Assembly: GCA_043811535.1 (NCBI GenBank)
Contig: JBDRNC010000012.1
Span: 63,697-127,696 of the forward strand
Length of the DNA stretch: 64,000 bases
DNA from: Elusimicrobiota bacterium
GTDB taxonomy: Bacteria; Elusimicrobiota; Endomicrobiia; Endomicrobiales; JBDRNC01
Reading direction: 5' to 3'
In this document: in pieces, positions 1 to 8,898 of the stretch
Position numbering within the stretch: position 1 is the first letter of the stretch
Layout of the letters: the number at the start of each line of letters is the position of its first letter
Translations under genes and position numbers: made by a program
Notes under the pieces: model-generated
Told to the model about the DNA's origin: nothing
What the model saw: the letters and a program-made list of their open reading frames with translations, nothing else
Database searches by the model: none

Positions 1-59
1 GGCTGAACGGCTAAATGGTTTAATGTTTTAGCCATTCATCAATTTAGCCATTTGGCAAT
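1..59. repeat. Self-complementary octamer array (GGCTAAAT / TTTAGCCA), possibly cut by the window edge
   Basis: GGCTGAAC-GGCTAAAT-GGTTTAAT followed by the inverted units TTTAGCCA-TTCATCAA-TTTAGCCA-TTTGGCAA. Confidence 0.8.
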
Positions 60-61
60 AT

Positions 62-97
62 AAAAACAAACCCCTTCTGATTTGAGCCAGAAAGGGG
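62..97 (-). terminator. Rho-independent terminator after the 914-aa gene
   Basis: Minus strand reads CCCCTTTCTG-gctcaaat-CAGAAGGGG then TTTGTTTTT, about 25 nt after the stop at 122. Confidence 0.75.
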
Positions 98-121
98 ACA
101 TTGAAATAGACTGCGGTAATA

Positions 122-2866
122 CTATTTTTGCATAGATATCTCTATTTCCGCTGGTAATCTATCAATCGTGATTTCGCCGTTTTTTACAGGAGCCGTTTTT
201 CTACCGCTTTTTGCTTCAACAGCCCTCTTCAGCGCCGGAAGCTTGAGTTTCATGCCGTCCGGGCATTTAATATCCCCCCACGCCTTGAATTTTACTGTGT
301 TGCCGGCCTTTTGAATCGTGTAATTCAATTTCCCGAAGTAGGTCGGCAGATTCTCTACGGAAACGCCTTCCGGCGAATTTAGCCACTCGTCCCTGATACC
401 CGCCCCCATAACCAAAGTTCCGCCTTTTTCATACGCGAACATGTTCCTTGCAGTATTTATGTATATGGCGCTGATCCACGTGTGCGGCAGGTCGCCGAGA
501 TAGACATTCTCCCTCATGTCCTTAGTCACTGCTTCCGCCCAGACCTTCCACTCCAATGGCCTCATCACTGACAAGTAAAAATCGAGCATCTCGTTGGTTT
601 TATCCGGGTGACCGAGCATCAGGTACGCGTTGGCTATCCTCATCTCGTATGGCGTAAAATTGTATCTTATCTCCCGTTTCCTGTCGGGCAGAAAAACGTT
701 TTTGTACCAGCTGTCAAGCAGCGGCAGTATTTCGGAGGATATTTCCTCGGTCGGCCAGACCGACACGGAATTACCGCAAGCGTCCTGATGCCCTTCAGCG
801 CTTGAAGGGATAAACGGCACGTTCATTTCTTTTCGAGTCATCCGTATCGACTCGGCCAGAGAAGCCCTTAAATCCGTTTCCAGCCTGTTCATCCAGCTGA
901 TTCTATTTTGTTCGCCGATCTCTTTCGCGATATAGACGGCGTCCTTGATACCCTTCAGCGCCCACCAGTCGTCAAAATAACTGTGCGCTCCCGGGTCGGG
1001 GAAACCCTCGTGGCTTATAGACGTGGGCAGAATGCCGTAAAATCTTGTACCCCGGTATGCCGCTGTTGTCCTCTGATTTCTGAGAGATTCTATGAACTCC
1101 ACGGCTTTGATGAGCGACGGGAATATCTGCTTCATGTATTCTTTGTCTTTTGTGAACCTGTAATATTCGGCGGCGGTAAAAAGGAACTCTCCCTGGTTGT
1201 CGTACTCTCTTTCTCCGCGCGGTTTGCCGTCTAATTCCATTATCGGAGGTATTTCGCCGCTTTTTCTCTGCATCGACACAAGCCAGCCGATATATCTCTT
1301 TACCATCTCAAAATGGCCGCATCTCAGCATCGCCGCCGCCATTATCGAGCCGTCCCGCATCCATGATCTTTCGTAATTCCTCGGGCCGCCCATGAACGCG
1401 CGCTCGTCATAATTCAATATTATGTATGCCTGGTTCGCGCGGAACGCGTCGCTGAACAGCTTATCAGGCGCTGAAATCCCGGCTTTATTCAATATTTCCC
1501 GCCATTCGCGTTTTCCATCTTCAAATAATTGAGGGATGCTCTCATTGACACCCGGGCCGTTTATCCCTTCCCCATCGTCATCAGGTATGATGAGTGAATA
1601 TTCGGCCGACCCTCCCGCCGGAAGGTCAAAAACATATACCGCGGCGCACGAGACGAAACCCCTGTCATCCGATGCCTCAGTAGCTTGAGGAAGCATGCCG
1701 TTTTTCAGGTCCTCTATTATTTCGCCTTTACTATAATCGGATGCTCCGAAACCGTCAGGTTCAACCGTAAAAAACAGCCGGGGCTTTCCGTTTATGATAA
1801 CCGTATTGCCGGATTTGCCTGCTGAATAGACCTTGCCGAAACCGCCGAACATCCACGGGGGATTAAGCTGAAAAGACCTTACAGCGATGTAAAATTTCCC
1901 GCCAGCCCTATCTTGTGAAATATTTTTCACGCTGAAAAGTACGCAAGTCCCCGCCTTGCCCGCCCGCTCAAAGGAAAACACATTTTCCGTCAACTCGACC
2001 GGACTGCCGCCCCATTGCACCGAAGGGATAGGCATGTATCCTTCTTCCAACCGCCTTGACAGCGCAGCATCGCGTGAAGTTATCAGCCTGTTGTTCATAT
2101 ACAGGTAGGGCATCAAAACAAAAGCGCCGGAAGGATCTATCGTTCCGTCTTCGGAAACGAGCGTCTCGTTTTTTCCGTTTAAACTGCCCGTGGTGGCCCA
2201 GTATGACTGCTTTTTATTCAACCAGCCGGGATAATACCCCGCAGGCGAGATTCCGGCCGAAAGGTAGTAATATGCTGAAGGGCTCATATCCGACTTTGAG
2301 TATTTTACCTGCTCCGGCCTCGCATATTCCGCGATCGGGACCGCCTTTGCCGGCGTCGAATAGATCTCGCATTCAAATATCGAATAGCCCCATATCGTTC
2401 CCCTTGAGACCCCGTATATCCTGACATATCTGGCAGACACAGGCCTGAAGGTTATCTCATGCCTTCCTTCCGTTTTTTTGACCGCGTTATAAAGCACAAA
2501 CCAATTTTTGCCGTCAACCGACGCCTGTATCTGATATGTCTCCCCAAACGCCGCCTCCCAATGAATCACAACCCGGTCTATGACTTCTTCCTTTTCAAGC
2601 GTGAACTCAATCCACTCGGAATCGGTAGGCTGGCTGCTCCATCTCGTGTTAAGGTCCCCGTCAACCGCTTTCATGACCTCGTTCCTGTCTTTCGGCGTGG
2701 AAGCCACGGCGTCGATGATGCGGGCCTTCCGCCCCCGCGCGCCGCCATCCAGGGCGTATAAATAATTATCGGCAGATAATAGTCTATCTGCCGAAATTAT
2801 AACAAGAACTAAAAACAGCGCTGATATACACCTCAAAATCAAAAACTCCCTATCTGTATATTTCAA
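122..2866 (-). CDS. Secreted F5/8 type C (discoidin/CBM32-like) + (alpha/alpha)6 glycoside-hydrolase-like protein
   Basis: Hydrophobic N-terminus; AVDGDLNTRWSS...IHWEAAFG..Y...WGYSIFE F5/8 motif; YERSWMRDG, EYDNQGE, SISHEG and YLGDLPHTW in the C-terminal helical barrel; TTG start uncertain. Confidence 0.8.
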   Translation of the reverse strand: MKYTDREFLILRCISALFLVLVIISADRLLSADNYLYALDGGARGRKARIIDAVASTPKDRNEVMKAVDGDLNTRWSSQPTDSEWIEFTLEKEEVIDRVVIHWEAAFGETYQIQASVDGKNWFVLYNAVKKTEGRHEITFRPVSARYVRIYGVSRGTIWGYSIFECEIYSTPAKAVPIAEYARPEQVKYSKSDMSPSAYYYLSAGISPAGYYPGWLNKKQSYWATTGSLNGKNETLVSEDGTIDPSGAFVLMPYLYMNNRLITSRDAALSRRLEEGYMPIPSVQWGGSPVELTENVFSFERAGKAGTCVLFSVKNISQDRAGGKFYIAVRSFQLNPPWMFGGFGKVYSAGKSGNTVIINGKPRLFFTVEPDGFGASDYSKGEIIEDLKNGMLPQATEASDDRGFVSCAAVYVFDLPAGGSAEYSLIIPDDDGEGINGPGVNESIPQLFEDGKREWREILNKAGISAPDKLFSDAFRANQAYIILNYDERAFMGGPRNYERSWMRDGSIMAAAMLRCGHFEMVKRYIGWLVSMQRKSGEIPPIMELDGKPRGEREYDNQGEFLFTAAEYYRFTKDKEYMKQIFPSLIKAVEFIESLRNQRTTAAYRGTRFYGILPTSISHEGFPDPGAHSYFDDWWALKGIKDAVYIAKEIGEQNRISWMNRLETDLRASLAESIRMTRKEMNVPFIPSSAEGHQDACGNSVSVWPTEEISSEILPLLDSWYKNVFLPDRKREIRYNFTPYEMRIANAYLMLGHPDKTNEMLDFYLSVMRPLEWKVWAEAVTKDMRENVYLGDLPHTWISAIYINTARNMFAYEKGGTLVMGAGIRDEWLNSPEGVSVENLPTYFGKLNYTIQKAGNTVKFKAWGDIKCPDGMKLKLPALKRAVEAKSGRKTAPVKNGEITIDRLPAEIEISMQK

Positions 2867-3746
2867 ACTCGAAAATCGAATAGCCCCACTCTCCGTTTCT
2901 GGTTTTGCCGAACATCCTTACGTACTCGGCTTCGGTAGGCGAAAAACTGATGACTCTCTGTTCTTCTTCCTTGCCGTCATTTATTTTTGCGACGGTTTTC
3001 CAGTTCGTTCCGTCCATGGAGGCCTGTATTTCATACTTCCTCGCCGACGCCTTTTCCCAAATTACTTTTACAATCCTGATTTTCTGCGGAGAATCCAGTT
3101 TTGCCTGAAGCCACTGCGGGTCAATGCCTTGTTTCGATTCCCAACGCGTATAGGTATTGCCGTCAACCGCGTCCATCGCCTTCCCCGCATCTCCCTCCGA
3201 AGACGCGCTTGCCTCAACAATGGAAACCTTGTCCTCGGGAAGCAGCACAACCGGGTTGAGCTCTACTTCCAAAATTGAATAGCCCCAGTCGCCTATGCGC
3301 CTATTGCAGAATATTCCAAGATATCTTGTTGTTACCGGAGCGAACCTGATGCTCCTTTCCTCGCCTTCGGCTCCGTCAAATACAGCGCTTACCGTCTGCC
3401 AGTTCTTGCCGTCTTCGGAAACCTTTATCTCGTATTCGGACGCGCAGGCCTTTTCCCATAGTATCTTCATCGACTCCAGCAGCTTGCCCGGCTTAAGCTT
3501 GCACATCAGCCATGTATTGTCAATACCGTGCACGGATTCCCATCTTGACAATTTATCGTTGTCAAAAGCTTTTATCGCTATGTTGTCGCTTCTTTCCGAA
3601 GAAGCCTTTGCCGATTCTATATCCTTGTACGTAGCCCTTTTTACGTCGCTGCTGTCGTTCACGGTAAACAGGGCGCAGCCGCCGAACATGAACGAAATGA
3701 ACAGAAGCATCAGACTGTGGCCGACAATCCTACTCCAGCACGACAT
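2850..3746 (-). CDS. Lipoprotein with two F5/8 type C domains
   Basis: Start moved to ATG 3746 (AAGGAGG upstream); FGG-C lipobox-like site; two copies of A.D....RWES...WEKA.A..YEI..S.DG.NW...WGYSI.E. Confidence 0.85.
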   Translation of the reverse strand: MSCWSRIVGHSLMLLFISFMFGGCALFTVNDSSDVKRATYKDIESAKASSERSDNIAIKAFDNDKLSRWESVHGIDNTWLMCKLKPGKLLESMKILWEKACASEYEIKVSEDGKNWQTVSAVFDGAEGEERSIRFAPVTTRYLGIFCNRRIGDWGYSILEVELNPVVLLPEDKVSIVEASASSEGDAGKAMDAVDGNTYTRWESKQGIDPQWLQAKLDSPQKIRIVKVIWEKASARKYEIQASMDGTNWKTVAKINDGKEEEQRVISFSPTEAEYVRMFGKTRNGEWGYSIFEFEIYR

Positions 3747-4605
3747 AATCGTCCTCCTTGAAAGAAACCATATTTTCATTTTTTTCACCGTCTTCCGCTG
3801 CCTCAATAATGTGAGCCACCGACAGATTCGGCCCCCTGACTTCCTTTATCATTAGTTTTCCTATGTGTTTTGCGGAAACATCCCCAAGGAATTTACCCGT
3901 TTTCGGATGATACAGCTTTGACGAAGGGCTGTAGACGTTGAAATACTGCCCGGCCTTCACGCCGTTATCGGAACCGGCGTCTATATAGACGTCTTTCCCG
4001 CTGACTTTTACTATTTCTCCGCGTAAACCGTAAGGCTGGCCGAATATCAATCCGGAGATGCGCGGCATCGCCTGATACATCACTTCTTCGATGGATTTGC
4101 CGAGCACCGTGCCGCGGAACTCAATGCTGTCAAACTGCAGGTTCCATAGGCGTTCCAGCTCCGCCTTATACCGGTCATCTCCGACCGGTCCGCCCAATAA
4201 TGAAAGCCCTGTATTCTGCTGGATCCTGCGCCCGATGACACTGAAATTCTTTACTACCGGCCCGCCGCGTTTTCTCAATGTCAGGTTAATTATAACCTTT
4301 GCCGAATAATCCTGGTAGCCGCCGATCCCGTACGAAGCAAGCCCCCTGGAGCCCAGCGTGAAATTGTCTACCGACCCGTCGAGAACATATTCCGGGGTGG
4401 ATGCCAGGATTTCATAATGTTCCCGAGGCAGTTTTTCGCGCAGTATCGCGCTCAGCCCGGCTCCTATCTTCCAGTTACCCTTGTATTCGCTGTTATTAAC
4501 GAAATCATTGACCCTTATCGTACATCTTTCCGCTGCGGAGCATAAAACGGCCGCGAAAACGATCTGTATGCAAATAAGAAATCGTCTCATATTAAATTTT
4601 GGCAT
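3730..4605 (-). CDS. CsgG/HfaB-like N-terminal domain + FlgT C-terminal-like domain envelope protein
   Basis: Signal peptide; VNDFVN...GLSAILREKL...EYVLDGSVDNF; C-terminal GEIVKVSGKDVYIDAGSDNGVKAGQYFNVY...HPKTGKFLG. Confidence 0.6.
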   Translation of the reverse strand: MPKFNMRRFLICIQIVFAAVLCSAAERCTIRVNDFVNNSEYKGNWKIGAGLSAILREKLPREHYEILASTPEYVLDGSVDNFTLGSRGLASYGIGGYQDYSAKVIINLTLRKRGGPVVKNFSVIGRRIQQNTGLSLLGGPVGDDRYKAELERLWNLQFDSIEFRGTVLGKSIEEVMYQAMPRISGLIFGQPYGLRGEIVKVSGKDVYIDAGSDNGVKAGQYFNVYSPSSKLYHPKTGKFLGDVSAKHIGKLMIKEVRGPNLSVAHIIEAAEDGEKNENMVSFKEDDYVVLE

Positions 4606-4669
4606 AGGGCTATCGGGAACTTTTATTCAGGTAAACCGCTCTCTTTAAGCCTTCATTTGGGAGCCGTTT

Positions 4670-6163
4670 TTACCATTTGTAAGTGAGTGACAGGCGGTGA
4701 GTATTGCCGAAGAGCGAATACGGCGCGAGTGCGTAATCAACAGTGATCTTTGCGACATTGAACCCGAATCCGACCCCAAGCCCTCCGAGATCCTGCCCGA
4801 AAGCGTAACCTATCCTGCAAGCAAAAGTGTTGCCGACCCATCCTTCAAAGCCCATGCTCAACTTGAATTTGTTATCTATCGGCGAATCAATATCCATGTC
4901 GAAGGCTATGTTGTATGCGCGCGGAAAAGCCGCTATGCTGGTTTTAACGTTCATGGGCATGGGATCCGTCACGTCCTGTGGCGGCGTCGCGTACCCCATA
5001 TTCTGGAACGTAAGGCCCATGACGACGTTGCCCCATGAAGTCGCGAAATCATGCATCGCGCCGAGGTCAACCGCAAGGCCCCATGAAGGCGCGACGTTCG
5101 GATGGAGTCTTTCTCTTATGGTCTTAAAATTCATTCCTATGGGCACGTTAAGCGACGATATCATGAATTCCCGCGCGTAAGAAAGCACCAGAATGGTTTC
5201 CTGCGCCGAGAAACTTTCTTTTTTCTCGTAGAAGGGGGCTATATCGATCTCGTCATACTGGACCATCGCCCCCGAATCAAGCTGTCCAAATGATACCGCA
5301 AAAATCTTCTTCGGAGCTTTGTCTCCCCAGAACTTGACATCGTCAATATATACCTTCCCGACTCCCGAAAACGTAAACGATACGTTTTCAAGGTTAGCCA
5401 GGTCCACGCCCGGGAAATCCTCCAGCGGAATATCAATTCTGGTCCATCCTGTTGTTATTTTCGAGTATCCTTTTACCGGCACCTTGGTCTCCCCGCCCTT
5501 CAAGTCTCTCAGTCCCACCCTGAAGCTTTCGGAACCGGCCGCTCCCTTGACCATAAAGGACAGGAACATGAACCTGTTCGCGTTTAGATTATTCAGGCCA
5601 ATCCATGCTCCCGCCTGGCCCGGTTTATTGTTAGGCAGCGGGCGCACGTCGTATTTTATCTCAAATGAATATCCCGATGAATTATAGACATTTTCCATGT
5701 CGTCGCCGTAATAGCCTGTCTGTACCGAACTGCTCCCGCCCTCATCGGAGTCGCTCCACGTGCCGAAACCTCCATTGACCATGTTCGGGTCGGATCCGTC
5801 ATCAAAATCATCTATGATTATTCTGTCGAATTCATCGGAACCCTGCGACATGGAACCGCTTCTTGTCAGATTCACGCCGTATCCTATCCAGTTATAGGTG
5901 ATGCCCTCAAGCCAGTTCAGGCGGCTGAAAGTCAGTTCCCTGTTCTTAATCTTGACCAAACCGGCCGGATTCGTATTGACCGAATATATGTCCCGCGCCA
6001 CCGATGAGGACGCGTTGCCCATCCCCGCGGACCTCGCGGAAGGATTGATCTTGAGGAAGTTCATCCTGGTCGTGCCCGCGCCCCACGCGAACAGGTCGGC
6101 GCACGCCGCCGCCAGGATTAAGACAACCAGAAACGATAGTTTACTGCTTCTTACCGTTTTCAT
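4670..6163 (-). CDS. PorV/PorQ-family outer-membrane beta-barrel with an inserted CBM11-like domain
   Basis: FLKINPSARSAGMGNA...NPAGL N-terminus; DYALAPYSLFGNTHRLSLTYKW C-terminus; aa ~112-280 is a DDFD...LSFMVKG...WTRIDIPLEDF...YIDDVKF module. Confidence 0.8.
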   Translation of the reverse strand: MKTVRSSKLSFLVVLILAAACADLFAWGAGTTRMNFLKINPSARSAGMGNASSSVARDIYSVNTNPAGLVKIKNRELTFSRLNWLEGITYNWIGYGVNLTRSGSMSQGSDEFDRIIIDDFDDGSDPNMVNGGFGTWSDSDEGGSSSVQTGYYGDDMENVYNSSGYSFEIKYDVRPLPNNKPGQAGAWIGLNNLNANRFMFLSFMVKGAAGSESFRVGLRDLKGGETKVPVKGYSKITTGWTRIDIPLEDFPGVDLANLENVSFTFSGVGKVYIDDVKFWGDKAPKKIFAVSFGQLDSGAMVQYDEIDIAPFYEKKESFSAQETILVLSYAREFMISSLNVPIGMNFKTIRERLHPNVAPSWGLAVDLGAMHDFATSWGNVVMGLTFQNMGYATPPQDVTDPMPMNVKTSIAAFPRAYNIAFDMDIDSPIDNKFKLSMGFEGWVGNTFACRIGYAFGQDLGGLGVGFGFNVAKITVDYALAPYSLFGNTHRLSLTYKW

Positions 6164-6167
6164 ATTC

Positions 6168-8894
6168 TTATTTTATAACCACGAATTTACCGGAAGAAAC
6201 CCTTGCGCCGTCCCGCATAAGCATGAAAAGATAGATCCCGCTCGCCATCAAGGATCCGTCGGACGATTTGCCGTCCCATGTAATCATGCCGTCGTTGTAG
6301 TTCTCGTCCGCGTATAAGCCGTCGTCTTTAAGGGTTACAACCAGTTCTCCTGAAATAGTATATACCTTCAGCACGCCGTCAGTTACAATGTTGACGAAAT
6401 GTATGTTCTTTGAGCCCTTGAACGGGTAATACGGATTCGGATACACGAATACTTCCTGGCTCTCTACGTCAAGATCAGAGAACTCCAAATTATTCGCGCT
6501 GTCCTTTCCTATGATGTTCTGGGCCACGGCGCGCGCGGAAACTTTTTGGCCTACAAGGCCGGACGCGTTCCATCCGGCCGCGTATTCGGAGTTGTCGGTA
6601 TCATAATCGGTCGAGATGGTTTTCCATTCTATGCCGTCAAGACTATATTCAAACCTGACGCCTTCCATTGCTTTGTCGCTAGTATAACTGCTCGCGTTCG
6701 CCGACATGAGATTCCTGGGGCCGAGCACCATTCCGCTTGCCACGAGCTCCCCATTGGATTTAAAGCTTGTCGGAGTTACAGGCGGGGCAGCGGCTTTATC
6801 GCCGAGTTGAATATCGTCCACATAAACGGTTTTCGGCGAAGCCGGATCCGGGAACAGAGCCATGTGTATCGCGTTCAATTTCGTCTTATCAACGCCCGAG
6901 AACTCCGAAAGGTTGATCTTCTGCCGGACCCATCCCGCAGTGGCAGTCACAGTCACTTCATTGCTGTTGTGAACCGAACCGACGGCATCCTGTATCTTTA
7001 CCCTGACTTCTTCGCCCCCGGCATTCCCCTTGAGATAAAATACCAGGGAGTCATAGTTTGAGACATTCGTGCCGTTCACGCTAATCCACGCGCCGTTGCG
7101 CCCGAACTCGATATTATCTATGTACAACGTTCCGGATGTATGTACGGAATCGATGTCCTGCGCGAACGAGACAGTTATGGCGTTCACGCCGCTCTGGACC
7201 CAGCCATTTTCTTTTGCCAGGAAATCCGACAATTTTATCTTCACTTCCTGCCATGTTCCCGTGGCGCCGGCCGAGATATAGCTCTTTATATTGACTTTGG
7301 GTTCATGCCCGAAATTATCCCTTAGGCCGACATGGAAATCAAGGCCGTTTACAGTGCTCTTTACCCAGAAACTCAGATCATCGTACGTAAGATTCTGGTA
7401 AGTGATTAAATCCATGACTATACCGGTATTTCTGCTGGCGGAATCGGGATTCACGTAATTAAATTCGATTTCCAAGGATTGACCCGCTGAGCCGTAGTAC
7501 TCGCTGTTAGTATAAGTCGCCGTGGAACCAATGTTATGAGGATTATTCCAGTGATTTTGGTTTGATCCGCCCCAATAATTATTGCCGCCATTATCAAAAT
7601 CGTCTACGAGTCCTTCGGTTCCCGAGTATATCTTGCCGGAGTACGCCCCGCTGTTTACATTGGAATTTTCAAACGAGAATGTTCCTTTGCCAAGCGTCCC
7701 CTGATATCCTCCGGCTTCGTTCACATTGCCTATATTGCCGCTTTCAAAATCGAGCAGGTTCATCCATGCGAACTGGTGGAATAGTATATCATCAATAAAT
7801 ATCATGCCCTTGAGAAACGGCGCGAAGGTGATGGAATAGAGGTCCATGCACGAATAATCCAGCCCAATAAAGGCACTGAACGGGATATAGACCTTCCGCC
7901 ACGCGTCTTTTTCCAGCCCGTTCCGTGTATCGCCAACCTCGTATTGGATATAGTTGTTGATGCCTACTTTCTTTTCTAGCCCGTTTGTGTCTTTGAGACC
8001 GAACTCGAAAGTTTCCCCGCCATTCGTTCCGTTGACCCAGAACGATACGGCCCCATAGTTGGCAATGTTCTTTTCGTTCAAAGAATGCAAGTATCCAAAG
8101 TAGTCGTCCGCGGGAACCATGTCGCCCGCGGTTTCGCCGTACCAGAACTGCAGCGATTTTCCGGCCCTGCCGTGCACCTGCCCGGGCTCCGCGTCAAAGT
8201 AATATGTTTTCAGCACCTTATCCTTCGCGGATTCGGGCCAGACACGCCCTGTCCCGTCGAATTTATTCGTTTCGCTTCCCCTGTTGAAATCGTCCAGCAA
8301 CAGGTTTCTTATCGTAAACTGATCCGGATCCGGTTCAAGCGCAAGGTTGTCCAGCCGGAACGAGCCCGAGGCGATCTCTCCCGGCGCGAAAAACACCATG
8401 ATCCTGTTTATCCTGCTCCTGTCGGCTTCTCTCCAATCAAGTTTCGAAATGTCCCATTCAACGCGCGTCCATCCCGTGACATTAGTCGCGGCTACCGTGC
8501 CCACGTCAGCCGTTTCCTTGGAGTCTGTATCCACGAATTTTATGAGCAGTCTTACGCTGCCGTAAACATCCGCCGTTACTTTCGTGTACTTCCCGAAATT
8601 ATGCGCGTTCCCGGACCCCATCAGGTTGTCGCACATGAGATATGTCCACTCGGCCCCGCTCGTTTTCGCATAGCTGCAGTACATGTTCGGAGTGCCGTCT
8701 TCCGTAACGTCTGAATTGATCTGAAACACGAACGTGGACTGCATAGCGTCCGATATCACGTACCACCAGCTCGCGTCCGGGCTATTCGCGTCATCGCTCA
8801 GCGAAGAGTCATTATTGAAATTATCAATGACTTTCGCCGCGGCGTGCGGGCCGAGCAATATCAACGCCATCATCATCAATAGGGTCTTTTTCAT
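6168..8894 (-). CDS. Secreted protein with four CBM11-like domains and a T9SS type-A-like/FlgD-Ig C-terminal sorting domain
   Basis: Signal peptide; four D(D/N)F...FW(V/L)KG...W...(Y/F)(I/L/V)D(D/N) modules; C-terminal VYPNPY...VYTISGELV...WDGKSSDG..MASGIY...KFVVIK. Confidence 0.8.
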   Translation of the reverse strand: MKKTLLMMMALILLGPHAAAKVIDNFNNDSSLSDDANSPDASWWYVISDAMQSTFVFQINSDVTEDGTPNMYCSYAKTSGAEWTYLMCDNLMGSGNAHNFGKYTKVTADVYGSVRLLIKFVDTDSKETADVGTVAATNVTGWTRVEWDISKLDWREADRSRINRIMVFFAPGEIASGSFRLDNLALEPDPDQFTIRNLLLDDFNRGSETNKFDGTGRVWPESAKDKVLKTYYFDAEPGQVHGRAGKSLQFWYGETAGDMVPADDYFGYLHSLNEKNIANYGAVSFWVNGTNGGETFEFGLKDTNGLEKKVGINNYIQYEVGDTRNGLEKDAWRKVYIPFSAFIGLDYSCMDLYSITFAPFLKGMIFIDDILFHQFAWMNLLDFESGNIGNVNEAGGYQGTLGKGTFSFENSNVNSGAYSGKIYSGTEGLVDDFDNGGNNYWGGSNQNHWNNPHNIGSTATYTNSEYYGSAGQSLEIEFNYVNPDSASRNTGIVMDLITYQNLTYDDLSFWVKSTVNGLDFHVGLRDNFGHEPKVNIKSYISAGATGTWQEVKIKLSDFLAKENGWVQSGVNAITVSFAQDIDSVHTSGTLYIDNIEFGRNGAWISVNGTNVSNYDSLVFYLKGNAGGEEVRVKIQDAVGSVHNSNEVTVTATAGWVRQKINLSEFSGVDKTKLNAIHMALFPDPASPKTVYVDDIQLGDKAAAPPVTPTSFKSNGELVASGMVLGPRNLMSANASSYTSDKAMEGVRFEYSLDGIEWKTISTDYDTDNSEYAAGWNASGLVGQKVSARAVAQNIIGKDSANNLEFSDLDVESQEVFVYPNPYYPFKGSKNIHFVNIVTDGVLKVYTISGELVVTLKDDGLYADENYNDGMITWDGKSSDGSLMASGIYLFMLMRDGARVSSGKFVVIK

Positions 8895-8898
8895 TTCA

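Noticed and set aside
4630..4643. GGTAAACCGCTCTC as another LacI operator
   Set aside because: Only one half-site matches and there is no adjacent promoter.
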